NCBI GenBank assembly: GCA_036785375.1
Contig: JAWMAR010000107.1
Location: forward strand, 4,216,001-4,280,000
Length of the DNA: 64,000 nucleotides
Reading direction: 5' to 3'
DNA from: Leucoraja ocellata
Lineage: Eukaryota
The notes below the pieces were generated by a model that saw only the letters and a list, made by a program, of their open reading frames with translations, was not told the DNA's origin and did not search any database. Of this stretch, positions 37,335 to 48,570 are shown piece by piece. Made by a program: the position numbers and the translations under genes. Within the stretch, counting starts at the first letter, position 1; every line of letters begins with the position of its first letter.

Positions 37335-37534
37335 ATGGAGCCAAGTGTAGGAATAAACACAGCTGTAATTTCTACATGATGCAACCAAAATGTACAAAAA
37401 TGGCCTTTAATAAAATCTGACAATGTGCACTTTGACCACATGTGATTTTTTTTTTTTCTATTACAAATCTCAAATTGTTGAGTACAGAGGCAAATAAATG
37501 ATGGTCTTTGTCCCAAACATTATGAAGGGTGCTG
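37335..37534. mobile_element. Isolated Tc1-like terminal inverted repeat within an old CR1 remnant
   Basis: Ends GTCTTTGTCCCAAACATTATGAAGGGTGCTG followed by TA, resembling fish Tc1 long TIRs. Confidence 0.55.
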
Positions 37535-38201
37535 TACTTCAGGTCATAAAAACAGATAATCGTGTTTTAATGCCAAGAGATAGGGCGGTGCTGATGGGTG
37601 AACTTATACACATCCCTGAAAGCTAGGCGATTTAGGAAGGGAAACGATGTGTAGGATCAATGAGCAAATTTCAGAACAGGAGTACAGGTGTCTTTTTTGC
37701 GATTACAATAGGGTGTTAAATGTAGTTTTACTCTCCTTAACCAAAAATCTATCGACTTGCCAATAGTTCAAGGAAAATTCACTGGACGAATTCACTTAAT
37801 TCATGGGAGGTTTGTCTCCGCATATGGCAAACCTATTATATTAACTTACTAATATAGTAGGTTTTCTACATTAGAAGACCTAGCTAATGTAGGTGTAGTA
37901 AAAGCAGGTCTCCTAATGTGGCAAAGCTACCATATTCCTGGGATGGTAGATTTGCCCCTTTAGGAAACTAGACAAGGCCAGTTGTTTAGAAGAATAAGAG
38001 ATCTCACAAAAAACAGAATTCTTAAAATGATCAATGTTATGTATGCAGGGAAGATGCTTCCACTAAGTCAGGCATCTCAACCCACGAATCAGTTACAGAA
38101 AATGCCATTTAGGATGAAAAGACATGTGCTCTCATACTGGTGAATCTTTGGAATTCCCTATCCCAGAGTACTGTGGAGATTCAGTCATTTACTTCATTCA
38201 A

Positions 38202-38336
38202 GGGGTGGGAGATTGCAACCTTCACGTGGTCCGCCCTGTTTCGACGAATGCAATCAACCTGGCGTGCACAATCAAATAAGATCAAATTGAACAAGTTGTT
38301 CCACAACTATAGTCTGTGCACGCCATACGCAAGAAG
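38202..38336 (+). mobile_element. Short retroposed insertion with (GAA)n tail
   Basis: Flanked by ACTTCATT direct repeats (38191-38198, 38337-38344); ends GCAAGAAG. Confidence 0.5.
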
Positions 38337-38790
38337 ACTTCATTAGAGTGGATTTCTGAATATTAAGGGTTCCAAGGGACACGTGGTTAATATATGAAAG
38401 TGGCGTTGAAATGGAAAATAAAACTAACACTGATACGTGGTGGATTAGATTCTCTTACGCTCTTCACTGACCACTTTCCATGCAGTTCGACAAAGTACAC
38501 ACAACAGTACAACACAAATAGGCTTATAATCGTAATTTATGAGCCAAGTAATTTTTGCAACATGAGAAATTTGGTTTGGCATACAGTCATAACAAGAAAG
38601 CAACAGGCCACACAACTACATAAAATGGACACAAACATCCACCACAGTGTTTCCGCCATATTCCCCACTGTGATGGAAGGCAATAAGGTCTTATCTTCTT
38701 ACCTCCAGCGGTCGGGGGAGTCGAACCATCCGCAACCGGCGATCGAGCTCCCTCGTCGGGACGATCTATACCTCAATACCTGTGTTGAAT

Positions 38791-39538
38791 AGGGAGGTTT
38801 CACGGAAGTCGGGTCACGACCCATGACCCATACTGTTGCGACGCTACTCCAAATGGAGTACACGCGATGAACTGCAGGTAAGCACTTACCATTGTTTCCA
38901 GTGTAGCGGGCCCGTTAAAACCCGCCGAAATTGTCAATTTTTGCGATGTAAATAATTATGGAAATCAGGATAAACGTGTGAGACATTTAGCCTACTTCAA
39001 AATTCCAAAAGTGAGGAGAAATTACGGTTTGTAATTTTTTTTAAATCGCCCATGGTTCTCGTGGGGTTTTACATACAAAAAGAAAACGCATCTGAAGAAA
39101 AATTTACAGCCAGATTTATCACTTCTGAGACTTTTTAGATACCAAAGGAATCAAGAAAAACTCAAATAATGCCTTACCGTTGATGAAATGCAGTGAGCAA
39201 ACGCATAATTCCCAATATTTTCAATTCCGATATCTGCACGGCCATTGTTTACCAAGCACTTTAGCTGCTGTTGTCCCTTCAGTTCTGCTTCTCTTTACCT
39301 TCATTTCGCTTCACGTTTGGAATTCTAAAGTTGGGTACATGTCTCTCACACTTACCCCAACTTCCGCAATTTTTTTTCAGCGCAAAAATTCAACATTTTG
39401 GCGGTTTTTAACACATAGGAAAGTACGCGTTTCTAGCATTAATAACATATGCCGGAAGTTACGGATGTCCTCCAAGATGGATTGTGTGGCTCCGTGCGTC
39501 AAGCCCTATGACCCAGTGACCTTACGTGCAACCCCCCT
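38791..39538. mobile_element. Non-autonomous DNA transposon related to the 24569-25328 palindrome
   Basis: Termini AGGGAGGTTTCACG / CGTGCAACCCCCCT; 39179-39260 resembles the palindrome arm at 24969-25050. Confidence 0.65.
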
Positions 39539-40059
39539 ATACGATGCCAAGTTAAACTAATCATCTCTGCCTGCACTTGATCTATGTCCCACTATTCCCT
39601 GCATATCCATGTGCTTATCTATATCTCTTAAATGCATTTTCATATCAGCCTCCACCTCCACTCACAGTGTGTGCCAGGCATCCACCTCTGCGTAAAACAA
39701 AACTTGCCTACACATTTAAACGTTGCCCTCTCACCTTAAAACTATGCTCTCTAGTCTGACATTTGCACCCTGGAGAAAAGGTTCTGACCATCTACCCTTA
39801 TTTATACCTCTCGTAAATCTGGACCCTCACCAAAGCCTCCACATCCTTCTTGTAACGGAGCAAACAGAACTGCACCCAATACGTCAAATGGGACCTAATC
39901 AAACTCAAATGAAGCTGCAAAAGACTTCCCGAGTCATATTCAATGCCCCGCACCTATTTCATCAGAGCAATATTCACCATTTACAAAAAAAAAGGCATAC
40001 CAAATGTTCGGATCTCCCTTCTAGTGAAATAAACCATCCAATCTTCTACAGCAGATAAT

Positions 40060-40388
40060 ATGAATATTGATTTCTCAAACTTCAAACTTCCCTCTCCGTC
40101 CCTCCCCCACCCCAGTTCTCCGGTTAGCTTCACTGTCCTTCTGATTAATTTTACAGTTTGTCTGCCTCCTTGTCATCTTCCCATTAGCTAACAATGAACC
40201 ATTCCGCATTTCCTTAGCATTCGCCCGCTTTATCTGTCGTTTTCACACCTTACCCTTTCGTATCTCTAGACTCTCAGTATGAAGAAGGGTCTCGATCCCA
40301 AACGCCACCCATTCCTTCTCTCCAGAGATGCTGCCTGACCCGCTGAGTTGCCCCAGCTTTGTGTGACTATCTTCGGTGTAAACCAACA
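40060..40388 (+). mobile_element. Penelope-like 3' remnant immediately upstream of the RB1 promoter
   Basis: MNIDFSNFK-like end of the GIY-YIG ORF followed by the family terminal repeat with a decayed hammerhead core (40279-40310). Confidence 0.7.
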
Positions 40389-40424
40389 CCTCTCCCCTAT
40401 ACAAGCTTCCACAGTCACCGGCGG

Positions 40425-40597
40425 TGCTAAGGAAGTGACGTAGAGATAACGCAACCAGAGACGGCAGTGCACGAGCCGGAAGCGGCGAGCGTTTGGCGCG
40501 GTTTGGAAGCTCAGTCGGTTTGGGAGAGCGGTGGTGACTTTCAAACGTTTGAAGTACCGGTCTCGAGCCTGCGGTCGCTGGCCATTGAGCTCGCGCT
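40425..40597 (+). promoter_or_regulatory. RB1: RB1 proximal promoter: ETS/GABP-ATF composite, second ETS site, E2F site
   Basis: GGAAGTGACGT 40431-40441, CCGGAAG 40476-40482, TTTGGCGCG 40492-40500 within a CpG island upstream of ATG 40598. Confidence 0.75.
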
Positions 40598-40662
40598 ATG
40601 CATCCCAAGCACTCGAAGAAAGTCGCCGTGTCTGACTCTGAAGAAAGCAGCTCTCCTACCAG
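40598..40662 (+). CDS. RB1: Retinoblastoma protein, exon 1
   Basis: MHPKHSKKVAVSDSEESSSPT(R); strong donor cag/gtgaga, phase 2 compatible with exon 2; in CpG island; sequence similarity itself is weak. Confidence 0.75.
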
Positions 40663-41544
40663 GTGAGAGCGGGGATAGACCGATCCAGGCGCTGGTATCG
40701 GTGGCCTGAGCGGCAAAACAGGAAGCCGGGGCTTAGTCGCCACCAACAAGTAGCTTTTATGTCAGCGGCCCGAGTCGCTGTGGCTAACTCGCCGCATTGT
40801 GTGGATGTCCTGGCTGGAGCGGCTCGGCGTGATTACGGCGACCGCTATTGATTGGTTTCCGTTTTGGTGCTGTCACCAACTCAAACAACGCTATGCTGTC
40901 CCTACTTTTTTTTGTTTAGAGGGTGTATGTATTTTCAGCCTTTATATTACCACGGCTGTTATAAAGCACTTTTTAAACACCATTAAATACTTAATTGAAA
41001 ATTTGAAAAAGCATTGTTGATCCAACATTTTGCATCGGCACAGTTTATTTTTGTTTATGTCGGAACATTATCCAAGTCCATTAGTTGTTTTTTTGCAAAA
41101 TGTGCCAAGAGGAGTGAAAGGTGGTGACCTTGCACTGTCGCCTTCCATCATAGTTCCCATGTTTGGGTCGCTCCTTGCGCTTACTGCTGTATCTTTGAGA
41201 TGGACTGGCCTGTCCAATACTAACCACAAAAGTGTGAATTGCTTTGAAATCTCCACCTGGTCTTATCTCTAGTACATGCAATTAGTTTAATTATCTTAAA
41301 TGTGCTAATCAGATAGATTTATAGCCTAATATGGCACTCGTCAACGTCAGTCTTCTAAATGCTTAGTTTCCCTTGTGGAAATAATAGAAATATTTTACAG
41401 CTGTTGAGGTACCAGGAAAGTGTGCCTGCCAGTTTTCACTCGTACACCAGCAAGTAGAAATGTGAAATAACCAACTAATTTGTTTTCATTATATTGGGTG
41501 AACAACACATATTCCCCAAGACATATTTCCCTGCTGGTATATGA

Positions 41545-42470
41545 GTCATCGAGTGATACAGCGTGGAAACAGGTTCTTCAGCCCAACTTTCCCACACCGG
41601 TAAACAAAGTCCCAGCTACACTAATCCCACTTACCTGCGCTTGGTCCATATCCCTCCAAACCTGTCCTATCCGTGTACCTGTCTTAACTGTCTCTTAAAC
41701 GATGGGATAGTCCCAGCCTCTACTACATCCTCCGACAGCTTGTTCCATACACCAACCACCATTTGTGTGGAAAAAGTTGCCCCTCGGATTACTATTAAAT
41801 ATTTACCCCTTCACCTTGAACCTATGTCCTCTGGTCCTCGATTCCCCAACTCTGGGCAAAATATTCTGTGCATTTACCCAATCTATTCCTCTCATGATTT
41901 TGAACACCTCTATTAGATCCCCCCTCATCCTCTTGCGCTTCATGGAATAAAGACCGAGCCTACTCAACCTCTCCCTATAGGGTGAATTCACGAAAGGTCA
42001 CTGCAGATCCGCACCCACGTGACCGAAAATCTCAAGTGGAGGACATGCTAGACATCCAGTACATGTTAGTGGATGGGAAAACATGCACTTTCCCAACCGT
42101 TAAAAACATAGAAAACGGCCAGGTTTTGATCTGCAATTCATTGTGCCAGTCGGGGTGACCGTGAGGCACAGCTACCTAGATTTACAGTAAAAAAAAAAGA
42201 TCCCATCCACTAACATGTACCGGATGTCTAGCATGTCCTCCACTTGAGATTTTCGGTCACGTGGGTGCGGATCTACGCTCCAGTGACCTTTCGTGAAATC
42301 ACCCTATAAGCTCACACCCTCTAGTCCTGGCAACATCCTCCTAAATCTTTTCTGAACCCTTTCAAACTTGACAATATCTTTCCTATAACATGGTGCCCAG
42401 AACTGAACACAATATCCTAAATGTGGGCTCACAAACGTATAACTGCAACATGACCTCCCAACTTCTATAC
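41545..42470 (-). mobile_element. CR1 3' fragment interrupted by a DNA element
   Basis: YRERLSRLGLYSMKRKRMRGDLIEVFKIMRG; CR1 sequence continues after 42305. Confidence 0.8.
41979..42305. mobile_element. Internally deleted relative of the 24569-25328 foldback element
   Basis: Termini AGGGTGAATTCACGAAAGGTCA / TGACCTTTCGTGAAATCACCCT; ~100-bp inverted arms; left arm colinear with 24569-24795. Confidence 0.85.
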
Positions 42471-42874
42471 TTATTGTCTTTTATGCTTTCCCAAATTCTA
42501 TACTTATTGTCTTTTATGCTTTCTGACCAGGCAGCCACAAGAGGTTAACAGGGCAAAGACTGCAGCATTCCTTTGGTGCTGTACTGGAGTTTTGGCCTAC
42601 TCATGTATATTTTAGTTCGCTGAGCATTTCTCACTGTTCCTGTAAATGCTTGCACAATCAACGCAAGATTTCAGCCCTGCTCTATTCTTTATGCATGTCA
42701 TTTCTGAGCAATAAAGCCCAAGAGTGTGTGTGCACAATAATGATCAACCATCTTATTGAATTGTTTACATGTAAACATGTAAATCTCTAATAACTTTCTC
42801 AACCATGCTCAAAAACCATTCTCCTCACATTCAGCAATACATAGAACAGTAGAGCACACAAACAGATCCACAGA

Positions 42875-43100
42875 TAGATACAAACCGCTGGAGTAACTCA
42901 GTCGGTCATACAGCATCTCTGGAGAAAAGGGTGACGTTTCGGCTTGGAACCCTTCTTCAGACCTCTTCAATCTGATGAAGGGCCTCGACCTGAAATGTCA
43001 CCTATTTGTTTTCTCCAGAGATGCTGTCTTACCTGCAGAGGTTCTCCAGATGTTTGTGCATCTTCGGTTTAAACCAGCATCTGCAGTTCCTTCCTACACA
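42875..43100. mobile_element. Penelope-derived palindromic repeat with two opposed hammerhead-like cores
   Basis: Minus 42960-42933 CTGAAGA-AGGGTTCCAAGCC-GAAA-CGTC; plus 42972-42999 CTGATGA-AGGGCCTCGACCT-GAAA-TGTC. Confidence 0.7.
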
Positions 43101-44610
43101 ACAGGTCCACAGTGTCTGTGCCAAACATGATGCTTTTCTCATCTGCCGGCAAATGATCCATATACCTCATTCCCTGTACATCCATGTACCCATCTAAATA
43201 TGACATTATGATTCAATTTCTATCTTGATCAGGCTGAAATTGAAAGTTTATAAGGATGATTTCCGATTTGATCATGTGGGAAAAGTAAAATCACACATTC
43301 CACTGTTCTCCATAAACATAATCTACAACCATTTATTATTTCCTTCCACCATCTTATGATCACAATTGTTAGTAATATGAGCACAGTAACAGTGGGCCAC
43401 CCGTACGCTCAAGTCTACCCTGTCATCCAATGTGATCAGAACTGATCTGCACCAGATCTTGTTTTTTTTTGTTTCAGCACCCCATAACTCTTGGATTCCC
43501 TGATCTTTCAAAAAAAAAAAATGATCTTTAAAGTCTGAAGAAGGGTCTCGACCCAAAACGTCACCTATTCCTTCGCTCCATAGATGCTGCCTCACCCGTT
43601 GAGTTTCTCCAGCATTTTTATCTACCTTCGATTTTTCCAGCATCTGCAGTTCTTCACAAAAGCAGTTATGTTGAGTATTTGGCCCGAATACTGATTTAAA
43701 GAAACAGGGCCCAAATGGAATGAAAGTCATGCTGTTAAGGATTGGAGCAGATGCAGATATTATGTGGCTTAGAAAGGCAAGACACATTGCTAGAAAAAGC
43801 AACAATGTGTAATTTAATATGGTGGGCTGGGAAGGAGTGGTAGTTATCAACATGACATCAAAAAGACAAGTGTTGGCATTTCGATGTGAGAAATTACTGA
43901 AGTAGACATAGAAATAATATGTCGGAAATAATAAATGTATTAATCACCATTGGTGCCTATTTTTTTGTTGACATGTTGTAAGGTGTTTTGATAAGTTAAT
44001 CTTGTTACATGGATTAATGTTACTTTTTACAGGTTTTCTACTTTGAATCTTTGTATAATAGGATTTGTAAAGTAATTATTTACTTATGTTAATTTTCATT
44101 CTGTTTTAGTAAGCACTTACCATTTGTAAAAATTAGCTACTTTAATAACAGATTGAGTTGTGGATTTATTTTAATTAATTGTTCAGGATATGTGTGTCGC
44201 TGGCATCTCTAAATGCGTCATATCCAATTGCATTTGAGTTTGTTTAGTTGAGTTTGAGTTTAGTTTATTGTCATGTGTACCAAGGTACAGTGAAAAGCTT
44301 TTGCTGTGTGCTAACCAGTCAGCAGAAAGCCAATATGTGATTACACTTGAGCCATCCACAGTGTACAAATACATGATTAAGAGAATAACTTGAATAAGTT
44401 TAGTGTAAGGTAAAGCCACTAAAATCCGATCAAAGATAGTCCGAAGGTCTCCAATGAGGTAAATAGTAGTTCAGTTCTGCTCTCTAGTTGTGGTTGGCTG
44501 GTTCAGTTGCCTGATAACAGCTGGGAAGAAACTACCTGAATCTGGAGGTAGGCTGGAGCACATACGGACGCACGCAGTGTCACAAATAAGATGAGAGTTT
44601 TTGTAATATA

Positions 44611-46200
44611 CTAGACTAAGTGGGACCCAATGGGTCCCAGTCACACAGTGGGTCTGGTCCCTGTTGAATAGCAGTGTGGCCAACTATTTGAGCAAATTCA
44701 TTCCGGACTTCATTGAAATATCAGCCCCATTGCGCCAGCTTACACACAAAGACTCTGCTTGGATTTGACACGAGCAACAACAGACAACATTCGACACTCT
44801 TAAATGGCAGATGTCTGGTACTCCTACTCTGGCTTACTTTGACCCTAATCGTCCGATTACACTTACTTGTGATGCCTCACAACACGGGCTGGGCGCTGCA
44901 TGCCTTCAGAATGATAGCAATGGCAATAAGCCTGTTGCCTATGCCTCGCGCACCATGACTGAAACAGAACGACGATATGCCCGAATTGAAAAAGAACTGT
45001 TACCGGTTGTTTTTGCCTGCAAGAAATTCAACGATTTCATCTTTGGCCACACTGTCACAATTGAAACTGACCACCAACCTCTGACCATCAACCTCTGATC
45101 AACCTCCTATCCACACATCTCCAGCGCGCCTACAGCGGACGTTACTGCAACTTCAAAAATATGACATTGTTCTGATCCACAAACGCGGTAAGGATATGCA
45201 CCTGGCCGACACTCTTTCGCATGCGCCCCGGAAGACCTGCGCGGATCAGCCCTCGCCGGATGATGACTTTATTGTGATGACTGTGTCCTTTATCCTTTCG
45301 TCCTGTATGGAGGACCTGGTTGCCCACACTGCTACTGACAGTACCTTAAGGTCTCTAACCTCCGTCATTAAGCGCGGCTGGCCAGACAAACACTATAGCG
45401 TTCCGCTGGCAGTCCGGCCCTTCTTTGCTGTCCGAGATGAGCTAGTGCTGCAAGACGGCATTATTTTAAAAGGACACAAGGCCATGGTTCCTGCTTCGCT
45501 GCACCACCGGTATTTTAACGCTGATCAGGCAGGGCACCCAGGTGCTGAGGCCATTGTTTTACGGGCAAGAAGCATGTTTGTCACCAACAAAAGCAACCAC
45601 TTCTTTCACATCCTGTACTAGCGCTCCCATGGTCTACAATCGCAGCTGACGTATTTGATTGGCATGGCAAACAATACCTGGTGCTCGTGGATTCTTATTC
45701 AGGATGGTTTGACATTGATTTTCTCAGCAACCCCACTTCCAGCGAAGTGATTTCAAAGTTATTTCATCACATTTCTGTCCACGGATCTCCACGCAGACTC
45801 CACCTTCAGCTTTTGGCCTCATGCAGCAGATCCCGGTCCAACTCCGGCTTCTGGTTCAACTCAGCGGCTTCTGGCTGGTCGTGCTGGGCGCCGCAGAAGC
45901 AGCAGGTGAGCCACTGACTCCCCGCAAGCTGCTCAACACACTGCGCCCCTTCAGCTTTTTACTCACATCGCCGTGTTATTGACAGCGGGTTCCGGAAGGG
46001 GCGGATTTTACGATTTTTAAACCTTCATAACTTTTGTACTATTTCACCGATCGGAACAAAACCTATTTGACTTGCAACAGAGGAGAATGGTGGCGAAAAA
46101 TCGTAGCGCTATAGGGGAAACATTTTTGCGCAAAGTTAATTATAACGCAGACCAAGATGATGGCCAAGATGAGAGTTTTAGTAATAGTGTAGAAGATAGA
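44611..46200 (-). mobile_element. Non-autonomous Helitron enclosing a Gypsy pol fragment
   Basis: 3' end: hairpin TGGGACCCA-t-TGGGTCCCA then CTAG/T at 44611; 5' end TCTA...TATTACTAAAACTCTCATCTT near 46200. Confidence 0.65.
44678..45800 (+). mobile_element. Ty3/Gypsy pol fragment (RT connection, RNase H, integrase start), decayed, no LTRs
   Basis: NYLSKFIP, TLTCDASQHGLGA, PVAYASRTMTETERRYARIEKELL, ETDHQPL, ADTLS, GHPG, YLVLVDSYSGW motifs with stops and frameshifts. Confidence 0.9.
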
Positions 46201-46202
46201 TA

Positions 46203-47517
46203 CTAGACCAAATGGGACCCGTTGGGTCCCTGTCACATGAGAGTTCTGGACCCCAACGCAACCCGTTCCCCCAACGCAATATTCCAACACTCCCCCATAG
46301 CCCCCACGGGAGGCCTGGTCCCTCAACGCAACCCGTTCCCCAAGGCAATATTCCACCAATAGCCCCCAACTGCGCAATGGCTGCTCATTTCGCCTTACTC
46401 ACCCTCCCTCATTTTGAAACTTTAAAAAAAATGCATTTACACTTGCTAGGGCTAGGGTTTGTAAATTTTTAAATGTCAATAACTTGTGAAATAGAACATC
46501 AATCTCAACGAACCTTGACACGAACCACCACAGGACAATTGAGAGTAAAGTGGTTCAAATAATTTAGCGCTATTGTGCAGTCCATCTATTCCCCACTCCC
46601 TATCACCCCCACTCCTCTCCCTCTTTTCCCACACTCTCCCTCCTCACCTCCCCATTCCCCCCTCTCCCTCCCTACTCCCTCAATCCCCCCACTTCCCCTC
46701 TTCACCTCCCCAGGATCTCGCCTGTCCTCCGGATCTGCAGAACTTGCTCGTTCACAGAGAGGAACACAGAAGAGGGAGGTCAGAGAGCCAAATGCCAGCG
46801 CGCGGGGGGGGGGTTGCAGTGCGGTGTTGATGTAACTTGGCTCGCAGCGCCCGCAGCCGTTGATAACTGCTAGCTGACTACAGCCCTTTAAACCCGCTAA
46901 GGCAAGACGTGTTCGATCAGGCGCGAGCGTTAACAGCAAAGAAGCACCGGCTTCTGATTCTCTGGAAACCCACAGCTGTCATTTGCAGTCAGTGTGGAAT
47001 GAGCGCGCAGGGGATGGGAGGGGCTCGCAGGCAGGCGTGGCTTCGCGAGCCGCGCCAGCTGTGAGGAGAAAGTTCAGCGGAACTTATGAGGAGAAGTTCA
47101 GCGTGTGAGGAGTCGCAGCCCCGAGATCTTTAGAACAAAGATGCTACAGCGGAACGCAGCTGTAGAATCTTTGTTCTGCAGAACTTTCTCGATCTTTCTG
47201 CACCTTTAATCCGGTGGGGGGCGGGCGAGGACGCAGATGGGCCTGGATTGGTGGGCATGTGGGCATTGTGACGTCAGCAGCTGGTGAGCGGTGTTTATAT
47301 TTTAAAAATTGAGCTTTGTGATCAATTTAATTCAAAATCTGGGGAAATAAACCTGACCAAGGAGTGTATTTCTGAACTCATAAGGTAAATCCCTATCAAA
47401 ATTGTAAAAATCTCTGCGTTTTTGCATCTGGTTTTCGAGGAGATACGTTTCACATGCAAAACAACACGCACGCGCACACACACACGCAACGCACACAGAG
47501 TTTTAAAAGTATATAGA
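46203..47517 (-). mobile_element. Non-autonomous Helitron with both termini (~1.3 kb)
   Basis: 5' A/TCTATATACTTTTAAAACTCT at 47517; 3' hairpin GGGACCC-aac-GGGTCCC then CTAG/T at 46203. Confidence 0.7.
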
Positions 47518-47527
47518 TATATATATA

Positions 47528-47655
47528 CTAGACCAAGTGGGACCCATTGAGTCCCTGTCACATGGAAGGCCTGGTTCCCCAATGCATCCCGTTCCCCCTT
47601 CGCAATATTCCACCACTCACCAATAGCTCCCAAGGGAAGCCTGGTCCCAAAAGGG
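47528..47655 (-). mobile_element. Helitron 3' terminal fragment
   Basis: CTAG at 47528-47531, hairpin 47539-47555 and ~100 bp similar to 46203-46360. Confidence 0.65.
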
Positions 47656-48570
47656 AGTGAGACTGGTCCTTGATTATGCCGGTGGCCTTGCTGAGGCCTT
47701 GATGTGTAATTTGAGTCAATGGAAGGGAGGTTGGTTTGCGTAAGGGGCTGGGCTGCGTCCACAAAGCTCTGCAATTTGTAACAGTCTTGGATGGAGCTGT
47801 TCCCAAACCATGCTGTGATGTATCCCGATAAAATGCTTTCTACGGCGCATCTGTAGTTTGGTGATGGGCAGATGGAGTCAGGTGGGGGAACTCTATCAAA
47901 TGCCTTACTAAAATCCATGCAGATAACATCCACTGCCCAACCCTACCCTCATTGATCATCTTTGTCACCTCGTCAAAAAACAGATCAAGTTAGTGAGATA
48001 TGACCTGCCGTGTACAAATCAATTCTGACTATCCCTCATTAATTCATTCTGTACCAAATGGGACTAAATCCTATACGAACAATCCTCTAACAGTTTCCCT
48101 ACCACTGACATGAGGCTTACAGGCTATACTACCCTGGATTCTCTCTACTTCCCTTAAACAAAGGAACAACATTGGATACTCTTCAGTCATCTGAGACCTC
48201 ACCCATGGTGAGAAAAGGTACAAAAATCTCTGTCAAACCTCATGAAATCATCTCTCTTGCCCCTCTTAATATTCCACCAGACCCTGGAGATATATCCAAC
48301 TTAAACTGCCCTTGCATATTAGTATTCTTCACACTGATCTCACTGTCCTCCATGTCCTTCTCCATGGTGAATACAAGTTCTCGTTTAGTACCTTGCTAAC
48401 ATCTAACTCTTAAGTACAATTTCCCTCCTTTATTCTTGAGCGGTCCTACCTTTTTCCTCTTTACAATCGTGTTTTTAGTGTACATATTAAAAGCCTTGGG
48501 ATTTTCTGTAATCTAATTGACCATAGACATTTCATGGCCCCTTTTGACCCCTCTATTTGTTCAAATAGAG

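Noticed and set aside
40243-40749. 168-aa antisense ORF over the RB1 promoter
   Set aside because: Half derives from a Penelope remnant and half from the CpG island; no coding signal
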